This document shows, one piece after another, positions 36,637 to 45,772 of a stretch of DNA of 64,000 nt. The position numbers were made by a program, and so were the translations under genes. The notes beneath the pieces were generated by a model. The model was not told the origin of the DNA. It saw only the letters and a program-made list of their open reading frames with translations, and did no database searches. Within the stretch, counting starts at the first letter, position 1, and every line of letters begins with the position of its first letter. The DNA comes from an uncultured Actinomycetes bacterium (GTDB lineage: Bacteria > Actinomycetota > Thermoleophilia > Gaiellales > Gaiellaceae), in the NCBI GenBank assembly GCA_963736055.1, contig CAVTNM010000008.1, positions 1,012,599-1,076,598 on the forward strand. The letters are read 5' to 3'.

Positions 36637-37631
36637 GCCAGAACGGACGGCTGCTCGAGGTCGAGGACCTCGTCGTCCACTACCCGGTCCCGCGCGGGCT
36701 CGTCGCCACGATCGCGCGCCGCCCGGAGACGCTTGTCCGCGCCGTCGAGGGAATCAGCTTCACGGTCGAGCGGGGCGAGCTGCTCGCGCTGGTCGGCGAG
36801 TCGGGCTGCGGCAAGACGACGACGGCGCAGACCGTGCTCCGCCTGATCGACCCGGCCGGAGGGCGCATCGCCTTCGACGGTCGAGACATCACCACCCTCT
36901 CGAACAAGACGCTGAGGCCGCTGCGCAAGCGGATGCAGATCATCTACCAGGACCCGTACGAGTCGCTGGACCCGCGCCTCAAGGTGCGAGCTACGGTCGA
37001 GGAGCCCCTTCTGATCCATCGCGAGGGCGGCTCGAAGGAGCAGCGTGCGCAGCTGGTCCACGACGCTCTCGAGCGCGTCGAGCTGACTCCACCCGAGCTC
37101 TTCCTCGACCGCTACCCGCACGAGCTCTCGGGCGGCCAGCGTCAGCGGGTCGCGATCGCGGCGAGCATCGTGCTCGGGCCGGAGCTGCTCGTCGCCGACG
37201 AGCCCGTGTCGATGCTGGACGTCTCGGTGCGGGCGGGCGTGCTCTCGCTGCTCGACCGGCTGCGGCAGGGCGGGCTCGGGATCCTGATGATCACGCACGA
37301 CCTGTCCACCGCGGCGCGCTTCGCCGACCGGATCGCGGTCATGTACCTGGGCCGGATCGTCGAGGAAGGCCCCGCCGAGGCGGTCGTCCGCGACCCGCAG
37401 CATCCGTACACCAAGGCGCTCCTCTCGGTAGTCCCACGGCGCGACCCCCGCGAGCGCATGCGGCCACAGATCCTGACCGGCGAGGCGCCCGACGCGGTCC
37501 GGATCCCGCCCGGCTGCCGCTTCCACCCGCGCTGCCCGGCGGCCATCGCGGACTGCCGCGAGATCGACCCCGCGCTCGAGGCCCATGGCGAAGGGGCCGG
37601 GCACCGGGCGGCGTGCATCCTCGCAGGCTGA
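36633..37631 (+). CDS. ABC peptide transporter ATP-binding protein (DppF-like)
   Basis: GTG 36633 (GTGA overlap). GESGCGKTT, LSGGQRQRVAIAASI, LVADEPVSMLD, HPYTKALL..GCRFHPRC. Confidence 0.9.
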   Translation: MSQNGRLLEVEDLVVHYPVPRGLVATIARRPETLVRAVEGISFTVERGELLALVGESGCGKTTTAQTVLRLIDPAGGRIAFDGRDITTLSNKTLRPLRKRMQIIYQDPYESLDPRLKVRATVEEPLLIHREGGSKEQRAQLVHDALERVELTPPELFLDRYPHELSGGQRQRVAIAASIVLGPELLVADEPVSMLDVSVRAGVLSLLDRLRQGGLGILMITHDLSTAARFADRIAVMYLGRIVEEGPAEAVVRDPQHPYTKALLSVVPRRDPRERMRPQILTGEAPDAVRIPPGCRFHPRCPAAIADCREIDPALEAHGEGAGHRAACILAG

Positions 37632-37773
37632 ATCGCAGCCTCGCAGGTGGACGCTTCTGAGCGTGATCGCGCTGGTCAGCGTCCGGACGCGGCCTGGCGG
37701 CGGCGCGCAACCGTGTTCAGCGTGAGGCGGCGAGCAGGATGAACAAAGGTTACCTACGCCTGTTTGCAGGTGA

Positions 37774-39133
37774 TTGACTAGCCCTGTGAGGGCCGCGGAG
37801 CTGCTGCCGAGGGAGCTGGAGCGCTTCGAGCGCGAGCATCCGCGCTCGCACGAGCTCGCCCGTCAGGCCGAGGGCTCGCTGCTTTCCGGGGTACCCATGC
37901 CGTGGATGATCCGCTGGGCCGGCGGCTTCCCCGTCTTTGCAGCGGATGCCGCAGGTGCGCGGTTCCGGGACGTCGACGGGCACGAGTACGTCGACTTCTG
38001 TCTCGGCGACACGGCCGCGATGACGGGCCACTCGCCGGAGCCGACCGCGCGGGCGCTCGCGGAGCAAGGGCGTCGCGGGATCACGTTGATGCTCCCGAGC
38101 GAGGACGCGATCTGGGTCGGCGGAGAGCTGGCGAGGCGGTTCGGGCTCCCGCGCTGGCAGTTCGCGCTTACCGCCACCGACGCCAACCGGTTCGCGATCC
38201 GGCTGGCGCGCGAGCTCACGGGTCGGCCGAAGATCCTCGTCTTCAACTGGTGCTACCACGGCAGCGTCGACGAGACGGTTGCCGCGCTGGAGGGTGGCTC
38301 GGTGGTGGCGCGTGAGGGCAACGTCGGCCCGCCCGTCCCGCTGGACGAGACGACCCGCGTGGTCGAGTGGAACGACCCCGAGGCGCTGGAGCGCGAGCTC
38401 GCCCACGGCGACGTTGCCTGCGTCCTGGCCGAGCCCGCGCTGACGAACATCGGGATCGTCCTGCCCGAGCCGGGCTTCCACGAGGCCATGCGGGAGGCGA
38501 CGCGCCGCCACGGGACGCTGCTGATCATCGACGAGACGCACACGATCTGCGCCGGCCCGGGCGGCTACACGGCCGCCCACGGCCTCGAGCCGGACCTGCT
38601 GACGATCGGCAAGCCGATCGCCGGCGGCGTTCCCGCCGCGGCGTACGGGTTCTCGGCCGAGGTCGCGCGGGGCATCGAGGAGCTGCTGCCCCGCGACGAG
38701 CGGGCAGACGTGGGCGGGATCGGCGGCACCGTCGCGGCCAACGTGCTCTCCCTCGCCGTCACGCGGGCCACCCTGGCCGAGGTCCTCACCGACGAGGCGT
38801 TCGAGCACATGATCGCGCTGGGCGAGCGCTTCGAGGCGGGCGTCGCGGAGGTGATCGAGCGCCACGGGTTGCCGTGGCACGTGACGAGGCTCGGCTGCCG
38901 CGTCGAGTACCTCTTCCGCCCGGATCGCCCCAGGACCGGGAGCGAGGCCGCGGCCGGCGGCGACGCCGAGCTCGACCGCTTCATCCATCTCTACGCGCTC
39001 AACCGCGGGATCCTGCTGACGCCGTTCCACAACATGGCGCTGATGTCGCCGGCGACCACCGAGGCGGACGTCGACCTGCACACCGAAGGTCTTCGACGAG
39101 GCGGCCGCGGAGCTCTCCGCTACTCCCCGCTAG
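37774..39133 (+). CDS. Class III PLP aminotransferase (glutamate-1-semialdehyde aminomutase-like); C-terminus restored across a 1-nt indel
   Basis: TTG 37774 or GTG 37786. ...DFCLGDTAAMTGHS...LIIDETHT...TIGKPIAGG. After ..TTEADVDLHTE the +1 frame reads VFDEAAAELSATPR and stops at TAG 39131-39133. The as-given frame runs on into 39471, antisense to the AKR gene. The extra G is at 39088-39089, and the span is 1360 nt, which is 3n+1. Confidence 0.8.
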
Positions 39134-40109
39134 AGCCGGCCCAGAGGTTGATCCCGCTGTCGGAGGCGAAGCGGTCGATCTCGTCCAGCTCGTCCTGGGC
39201 GAACTCGAGCTTCTCGAGCGCGGCGACGTTGTCTTCGAGCTGCTCGACGCTGCTCGCTCCGACGAGCGCCGAGGTGACGCGTGGGTCGCGCAGCGCCCAG
39301 GCGATCGCCATCTGGGCGAGGCTCTGGCCCCGACGCTTCGCGATCTCGTTCAACGCGCGGATCTTCTCGAGCGCCTCCGGCGTGAGGAGGTCGGGAGAGA
39401 GGGAGCTCTCCCGGCTCGCGCGCGACCCGGCGGGGATCCCGTCGAGGTACTTGTCGGTCAGCATCCCCTGAGCGAGCGGGGAGAAGACGATGCAGCCCAG
39501 GCCGAGCTCCCCGAGCGTGTCGAGCAGCTCCGGCTCGATCCACCGGTTGAGCAGGGAGTAGGACGGCTGATGGATCACGAAGGGCGTCCCGAGCTCGCGC
39601 AAGATCCCCGCGGCCTCTCGCGTCTTCTCCGCCGAGTACGAGGAGATGCCGACGTAGAGCGCCTTCCCCTGCCGCACCGCGGTGTCCAGCGCGCCCATGG
39701 TCTCCTCCAGCGGCGTCTCGGGATCGAACCGATGCGAGTAGAAGAGGTCGACGTAGTCGAGCCCCATTCGCGCGAGGCTCTGGTCGAGGCTCGCCAGCAG
39801 GTACTTCCGGGAGCCCCACTCGCCGTAGGGGCCGGGCCACATGTCGTAGCCGGCCTTCGTCGAGACGACGAGCTCGTCCCGGTAGGGCGCGAGGTCGGTC
39901 GCGAGCAGGCGGCCGAAGTTCTCCTCGGCCGACCCGTACGGAGGGCCGTAGTTGTTGGCGAGGTCGAAGTGCGTGATGCCGAGGTCGAAGGCGCGGCGGA
40001 CGATCGCACGGCTCGTCTCGAACGGGTGGTCGTGCCCGAAGTTGTTCCAGAGGCCGAGCGAGACGGCCGGGAGCAGAAGGCCGCTGCGGCCCGAGCGGTT
40101 GTAGATCAT
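39120..40109 (-). CDS. Aldo/keto reductase (YghZ / Kv-beta-like)
   Basis: GRSGLLLPAVSLGLWNNFG...THFDLANNYG...YVDLFYSHR. The conserved PDRYERM lies in frame upstream of ATG 40109 without a start. GTG 40146 (VTYVP) is in another frame, so an N-terminal indel is possible. Confidence 0.88.
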   Translation of the reverse strand: MIYNRSGRSGLLLPAVSLGLWNNFGHDHPFETSRAIVRRAFDLGITHFDLANNYGPPYGSAEENFGRLLATDLAPYRDELVVSTKAGYDMWPGPYGEWGSRKYLLASLDQSLARMGLDYVDLFYSHRFDPETPLEETMGALDTAVRQGKALYVGISSYSAEKTREAAGILRELGTPFVIHQPSYSLLNRWIEPELLDTLGELGLGCIVFSPLAQGMLTDKYLDGIPAGSRASRESSLSPDLLTPEALEKIRALNEIAKRRGQSLAQMAIAWALRDPRVTSALVGASSVEQLEDNVAALEKLEFAQDELDEIDRFASDSGINLWAGSSGE

Positions 40110-40160
40110 CCGCTCGTAGCGGTCCGGCTGCGGGGACGTAGGTCACGAGGTGAGTGTGGT

Positions 40161-41174
40161 CTATCGGATCCAGGCGCGCGGCTCGAACAGGTAGTGCGAG
40201 ACGAGCCACTCGGTGCCCTGGCGGAAGCCCCACAGCTCTGCGCAGGCGAGGAAGAACACGCGCCAGTTCTCAAACGCGGCGCGCGCAGCATGTGAGCCGT
40301 GCGCCTCCGCGAGCACGGCCCTGACCGCCTCCTCGTTGGCGTCGAGCCGCTCGAGCCACGCCTCGGCCGTCCGCGAGTAGTGCCGGCCGCTCACCCGCCA
40401 GTGGCCCCGGCAGGCGAGGTCGCGCTGGAACTGGAGCAGCAGGTCGTCCGAGGGCATGTTCCCGGCGGTGAAGAACTTCCGCGCCATCCAGGTGCGGTCG
40501 TACGGGTAGGCGTAGGTGCGGTGGCTGAAGACGTGGGCGAAGAACTTGCCGTCCGGCTCGAGCCAGCTCGCGATGCGGCCGAACAGGCGCTCGTAGTTGC
40601 GCACGTGCTCCAGCATCTCGACCGAGAGGATCCGGTCGAAGCGCTCCTGCGGCTGCCAGCGGTTCACGTCCGCGGTCACGATCCGGACATTCGCCGGCGA
40701 CCGCGGCTCGAGGAACTCCCGCTGGACCTTCGAGTTCGAGACCGCCACGATCTCGGAGGCCGGGTAGCGCTCCGCCAGCCAGAGGGTCAGCGAGCCCCAC
40801 CCGCAGCCGAGGTCGAGCAGCGTCATCCCGTCCTCGACCCGAGCGCGCTCACAGGTGAGGGCGAGCATCGCCTCCTCGGCCTCGGCGAGCGTCTCGGTGC
40901 CCTCCTCCCAGAGACACGAGCTGTACTTGAGCCGCGGGCCGAGCACGAGCTCGAAGAACGCGGCCGGCAGCTCGTAGTGCTGCTCGTTCGGCTTCTCGAC
41001 CTGCTCCGCGATCGCAGAGCCGCGCAGCCGCTCGACGAACTCCCGCTTGGCGCCCGCGCCCTTCCGGCGCTCGCGCGCCAGGCGCAGGCCGAGGTTCGCC
41101 CGAATGCCGAGCCGCAGGACCGGGTCCGGGACGCGCCCGGACTCGATCAGGCCGTCGAGGACCTGGGAAACCAT
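40161..41174 (-). CDS. Cyclopropane-fatty-acyl-phospholipid-synthase-family SAM methyltransferase (second copy)
   Basis: ATG 41174 lies inside the 594-aa read-through ORF. HYELPAAFFELVLGPRLKYSSCLW...LLDLGCGWGSLTLWLA...ILSVEMLEHV. Confidence 0.85.
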   Translation of the reverse strand: MVSQVLDGLIESGRVPDPVLRLGIRANLGLRLARERRKGAGAKREFVERLRGSAIAEQVEKPNEQHYELPAAFFELVLGPRLKYSSCLWEEGTETLAEAEEAMLALTCERARVEDGMTLLDLGCGWGSLTLWLAERYPASEIVAVSNSKVQREFLEPRSPANVRIVTADVNRWQPQERFDRILSVEMLEHVRNYERLFGRIASWLEPDGKFFAHVFSHRTYAYPYDRTWMARKFFTAGNMPSDDLLLQFQRDLACRGHWRVSGRHYSRTAEAWLERLDANEEAVRAVLAEAHGSHAARAAFENWRVFFLACAELWGFRQGTEWLVSHYLFEPRAWIR

Positions 41175-41945
41175 GGGATGAAGGCGCTCGTCTCGCGCTG
41201 GTAGCGGCGGAAGTCGTCGCCCCGGCTCTCGAGCGCGGCCTCCTCCGAGGGCTTCACGCCGGTGACGAACAGGATCAGGTACAGGATCAGTGCGGGGGCG
41301 AGGACGCCGAGCCAGCCCCAGGGCGCCGCGAGCGCGACGAGCGCGTAGGCGACCCAGGTCAGCCACTGGAAGAAGTAGTTCGGGTGGCGGGAGTAGCGCC
41401 AGAGGCCGTCGCGCATCGTCTTGCCCCGTGTTCGCGGGGTCGGACTTGAAGCGCCGCAGCTGGCGGTCGGCGAGCGCCTCGAGCGGCGCGGCGGCGAGCC
41501 ACAGCGCGGCGCCCGCCCACTCGATCGGCTCCAGGCCGCGGTGGCGGTTGAAGACCGTCAGCAGGACCGGCAGCGAGAGGGCCGCGGCCAGGAAGGCCTG
41601 GGCCTGGTAGAAGATCGCGAAGGTCGACTGCTCGCGGCCGCGGGCCCGCCAGCGGGCGCGAAGCTCCCGGTAGCGCGAGTCCTCGCTCGGGCCGGCGCGC
41701 GCGATCACGAGCGCCGCGATGCGCAGGTTCTCGAGCCCGACCATGGTCGCGATCAGCACCCGGTGGCTGAGGTCGCCCGGGCCGAGGACGGCGTAGAGCA
41801 CCGCGATCAGGACGAGGCTGAGCGCCCAGCCCGCGTCCACGGCGGTCGCGTCGCGGGTGCGCCGCTGGACGAGGTAGAGCACGCCCAGGAGCGCCGCCGC
41901 GAGCGCCCAGCCGAGCAGCCACAGGGCCCAGCGCTGCTCGATCAT
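41147..41945 (-). pseudogene. DUF1295 (steroid-reductase/ICMT-like) membrane protein, 1-nt frameshift
   Basis: The N-part ends ...FKSDPANTG. The C-part is ORF 41147..41416 (MRDGLWRYSRHPNYFFQWL...). Removing one C from the cccc run at 41424-41427 gives NTGKTMRDGLWRYSRHPNYF. The span is 799 nt, which is 3n+1. Confidence 0.8.
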
Positions 41946-42526
41946 CCGGCGCCCTCGGAGATCGTCTGCTCGAGGCGCTGGGTCAGCGCCTTCGCCGCGG
42001 CGACCGTCGGCTTCGCCGGGGCGACCGCGATCGGCTCGCCCACGACGATGTGCGCAGGCGGTCGGCCGGGACGGGGGAAACCACGCGTCCCGACCAGCCG
42101 GACCGGCACGAGCGGCGCGCCGGTCGCGAGCGCGAGCCGCGCGGCGCCGCGGTGGAACGGCCGGCTAGGCCGCGGCTTGGAGGTGCCCTGGGGGAACATT
42201 CCGAGCACTTCGCCCTCGCGGAGGAGATCGGCCGCGCGGGAGATCGCCGTCGCGTCGCCGGCGCCGCGCTCGACCGGGAACGCCCCGAACGAATCGAGGA
42301 CGCGGGCCACGGGCCGGTAGCGCCAGAGCTCGGCCTTCGCCATGTAGCGCACCGGCCTCGGCGTGACGAGCGCGAGCAGCCAGGGGTCGAACATCGACTC
42401 GTGGTTCGCGACGAGGATCACCGGGCCGGACGCAGGCACGTGCTCGGCGCCGGCGATCCGAACGCGGTAGAGGCGCTGCACGAGCTCGCGGAAGCGGCTC
42501 CGCTCGAGCAGCTCGTAGGCGTTCAC
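41942..42526 (-). CDS. plsC: Lysophospholipid (1-acyl-sn-glycerol-3-phosphate) acyltransferase
   Basis: VANHESMFD (HX4D) and FPQGT motifs. ATGA overlaps at both ends. Confidence 0.8.
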   Translation of the reverse strand: MNAYELLERSRFRELVQRLYRVRIAGAEHVPASGPVILVANHESMFDPWLLALVTPRPVRYMAKAELWRYRPVARVLDSFGAFPVERGAGDATAISRAADLLREGEVLGMFPQGTSKPRPSRPFHRGAARLALATGAPLVPVRLVGTRGFPRPGRPPAHIVVGEPIAVAPAKPTVAAAKALTQRLEQTISEGAG

Positions 42527-43757
42527 GCGAGCGTCTCGTTGAAGGGTCGCGTGAGGGTGAGCTGGACGTCGCGCAGGGCGCGGGTCCTGAAGGCGGCCTC
42601 GCAGAAGGCGAGATAGAAGTCCCAGGTCCGCTCGAAGCGCTCGTCGTACCCGAGCCCGCGCACCTCGGGGAGGTGTGCGTAGAAGCTCTCGCGCCAGCGC
42701 CGGAGCGTCTCGGCGTAATGGCCGCCGATCTCGTCGAGCTCGTGCACCATCAGCCGCGAGCTCCTCGCCATCGCGGTCGTGAGCGCGCTCAGGGAGGGGA
42801 TCAGGCAGCCCGGGAAGACGTAGCGCTCGATCCAGTCCGGCGAGCGGCGGTAGCGGTCCCAGCGCTCGTCCGGCACGAGGATCGTCTGGACGCAGGCGAC
42901 GCCGCCGGGCTCCAGCAGCCGGTCGATCGAGGCGAAGTAGGTCGGGAACTGGCGCTCGCCGATCGCCTCGAGCATCTCGATCGAGGCCACCTTGGTGTAG
43001 CTGCCGCGATGCACCCGGTAGTCCTCCTCGAGGATGCGGACGTCGAGCCCGGCCGTGCGCTCACGCGCCGCGCGCTGCCTGCTCGGACGAGATCGTGAGC
43101 CCCGTCACGCCGCAGCCGTACTCCTCGGCTGCGAGCCGCGCGAAGCCACCCCAGCCGCAGCCGATCTCCAGCACGCGGTCGCCGGGCCCGAGGCGGAGGC
43201 GGTCGCAGATCCGCCGGTACTTGCGGCGCTGCGCCTCGGCGAGCGGCTCGCCGGGGTGCTCGAAGATCGCGCACGAATAGGTCATCGTCTCGTCCAGCAT
43301 CAGGCGCGAAGAGCTCGTTGCCGAGGTCGTAGTGGTAGGCGATGTTGCGCCGCGCGCCGGGGAGGCCGTTGCGCCGGTTCAGCCGCGGGCGCGCCTCGAG
43401 CATCCGGCGCACGCGCCGGTGGCGCAGGGCCGCGCCGGCCGAGTTGCGGAGCAGCAGCTCGAAGAGCGCCACCAGGTCGTCACTGTGCCATTCGCCTGCC
43501 GTGTACGACTCGCCGACCCCGACCTTCCCGCGCGTCGCGATGCGGCGGAAGAACCGCGGGTCGTCGATCGCCATCGTGACCGGCGGTCCCGAGCCGAACC
43601 GGCGCTCGGCTCCGCCCGGAAGCCGTACCACGAGCGTCCCTCCGTCCAGATCCGCGAGAGCATGCTCGAGGATGCTGAATGCCGTCCGCTCGAGCAGGCG
43701 TATCCGGCGGGCGCCGGGTGGCCTGCGCAGCGTGCGCTCGTACGGCGTGCTGCTCAC
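42523..43757 (-). pseudogene. cfa: Cyclopropane-fatty-acyl-phospholipid synthase, two 1-nt frameshifts
   Basis: Three ORF-track pieces: ...IAYHYDLGNELFA | LMLDETMTYSCAIF...VLEIGCGWGGFA...TISSEQAA | RERTAGLDVRILEEDYR...IEMLEAIG...FCEAAFR. Junctions at about 43303-43305 and 43066-43072. The span is 1235 nt, which is 3n+2. Confidence 0.85.
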
Positions 43758-44489
43758 ACGCGCTCCGAGCCCTTGCCGGGAACGAATGCGGGCTTGTGGT
43801 GGAACGGCACGCGCTTGAGCCAGAGGCGAAGCGCTTGCCAGTGGATGAGCGAGATCACCTGCACGGGCATCAGCGGGTACCGAAGCAAGAGGCGGGCGAC
43901 CGAGGCGTTCGTCAGCTCGGTCCGCCGGCCGTGCAGGACCGCAGTCAGCGGCCGGTCGCCGTTCTCGCGCAGGTGGATGCGTGCGAAGACCTCCTCGCGG
44001 GCTCCGAAAAGGCGTACTCGTAGGAACCGTCGAGCCCGAAGAAGGGCGAGACGTGAAGGCGCTTCTCGTGCTCGTACTCGAGCGAAGGCCCGTGGAGGAG
44101 CTCGGGCAGCCGCTCGCCGAACGTGTTGTTCAGCTCGGCGATCATGCAGGCGAGCGAGCCGTCGCCCCGGTAGCACCAGTAGAAGCTGACCGGGTTGAAG
44201 ACGTAGCCCAGCACACGGAGCTGCGTCAGCACGAGCACGCGCTCGATCGTGCGGGTCGCCCGCGAACTCGACTGCGGCCTGCTTCAGCGGCTGGTCACCG
44301 TCGAAGTGGTCGGCGTCGCGGAACGAGAGCACGTTCGGCGCATTGACCGACACGAGCGACAGGCGGCGCTCGAGCTCGGGGAGCTCGTCCAGGTCGAGCA
44401 AGCCAGTACGAGACCGGGTAGCGGAAGACGTTCCGCGTCGGGGTCCGGCGCGCGTGCACGAGCGTCCCGGTGTAGAGGGCGGACCTCAC
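43754..44489 (-). pseudogene. DUF1365 family protein, three frameshifts (+1, +1, -1)
   Basis: VRSALYTGTLVHARRTPTRNVFRYPVSYWL | LDLDELPELERRLSLVSVNAPNVLSFRDADH...EFAGDP | TIERVLVLTQLRVLGYVFNPVSFYWCY...FGERL...HVSPFFGLDGSYEYAFSEP | EEVFARIHLRENG...IHWQALRLWLKRVPF. Junctions at about 44400, 44250-44253 and 43997-44003. Confidence 0.8.
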
Positions 44490-45698
44490 CAGCTCACCCC
44501 CAGGGCAGCCGCCGCACGCACGCCGGACGCCAGGCCGTCCTCGTGGAATCCGTTGCCGTGGTGCGCACCGGCGTAGTGAGTGTGCCGGCGGCCCGAGAGC
44601 GCCGGCAGCTCGCGCTGGGCCTGCAGCGAGTCGAGCGTGTAGAGCGGATGGTCGTAGGCGATGCGCCGGATCACGTGCTTCTCGGCGATCTCTTCGTTCA
44701 GCGTCACGCAGAAGGCGGTCTCGTCCTCGAGCGGCCTGGAGCTTGTTCAGGTAGTAGGTGATGGTCGGCCGCCCGTCGTCGCCGAGCCGGTAGTTCCAGG
44801 ACGCTCGGGCCGCGCGGGCCTTGGGCAGACGGCTCTCGTCCGTGTGCAGGACGGCCTCGTTCCTCGTGTACCGGAACGCGCCGAGCACGCGGCGCTCCTC
44901 CTCGCTCGGGTCCTCGAGCAGAGCCAGCGCCTGGTCCGCATGCGTCGCGATCACCACGTCGTCGAACCGGTGGGTGATGCCGTCGTCGGTCGTCACCTCG
45001 ACCCCGCCGAGGTCGCGCCTCAGCGAGCGAGCGCCGAGCCCGAGCCGAAGGCCGGGCCCGAGTCGCGCCGCGATCGCCTGGACGTACGTCTGCGAGCCGC
45101 CGGTCACCGCCCGCCAGCCGAAACGGTCGAATCCCAGCATCCCGTGGTTGTCGAAGAAGCGGATCGCGTAGGCGGCGGGGAACTCGAGCGCACGCCCCGG
45201 GGCCGTCGACCAGAGCGCCGAGGTCAGCGGCACCAGGAAGTGACGCCGGAAGCGCTGCGAGTACCTGCGCTCGTCGAGATAGGCGGCAAGCGAGTGGCGC
45301 TCGTAGTCGGCCTCGTCGAGGGAGCGCCTCGCCGTGCGCAGCCAGCGGCCGATCTCCCAGAGGAGCGCTGCGAAGCGCGCGCTGGCCGCGTTGCGCAGCT
45401 GCGCGAGCGGCCTGCGACCCGAGTACTCGAGCCCACAGCCGTCGCAGCTGACCGAGAACGACATCTCCGACGCCTGTGTCTCGACGCCGAGCTCGTCGAA
45501 AAGCCGCAGCAGCAAGGGGTAGTTGCGCTCGTTGTGGACGAGAAAGCCGGTGTCGAGGGCCCGACCTTCGTGCACGACGGTATGCGTGTGGCCGCCTGCT
45601 CGGTCGTCTCGTTCGAATACGGTGACATCATGCGTGCGCGCGAGGAGATACGCGGCCCCGAGCCCGGAGATACCGCTGCCGACGATTGCGATCTTCAC
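44486..45698 (-). pseudogene. FAD-dependent (amine-oxidase-like) oxidoreductase of the CFA/DUF1365 cluster, 1-nt frameshift
   Basis: MKIAIVGSGISGLGAAYLL..VTVFERDDRAGGHTHT. After ...ITYYLNKLQ the +1 frame continues LEDETAFCVTLNEEI...HYAGAHHGNGFHEDGLASG (ORF 44486..44707). Junction at about 44732-44737. The span is 1213 nt, which is 3n+1. Confidence 0.82.
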
Positions 45699-45716
45699 GA
45701 GCCGGAGGTCCTCAAC

Positions 45717-45750
45717 GAACCGGTATTCGCCCGCACGCGAAGACCGGTTC
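45717..45750. promoter_or_regulatory. Inverted repeat GAACCGGT-N18-ACCGGTTC in the 74-nt divergent intergenic region
   Basis: Exact 8-mers at 45717-45724 and 45743-45750, each containing the palindrome ACCGGT. They lie between the lipid-operon start (45698) and the desaturase start (45773). Confidence 0.35.
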
Positions 45751-45772
45751 AGAAAACAGCGGAGGGAGACCC

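Noticed and set aside
39134-39471. C-terminal extension of the aminotransferase (ORF 37774..39471)
   Set aside because: The extension is antisense to the well-supported aldo-keto reductase gene and has low-complexity composition. The +1 frame gives the family-typical ending ...HTEVFDEAAAELSATPR with a stop at 39133.
40161-41945. 594-aa ORF as a genuine DUF1295-methyltransferase fusion protein
   Set aside because: The middle 90 residues are Arg/Pro-rich out-of-frame text. The true DUF1295 C-terminus (RYSRHPNYF...) is in ORF 41147..41416, and the methyltransferase has its own ATG at 41174. The fusion is an artefact of the 41424-41427 indel.
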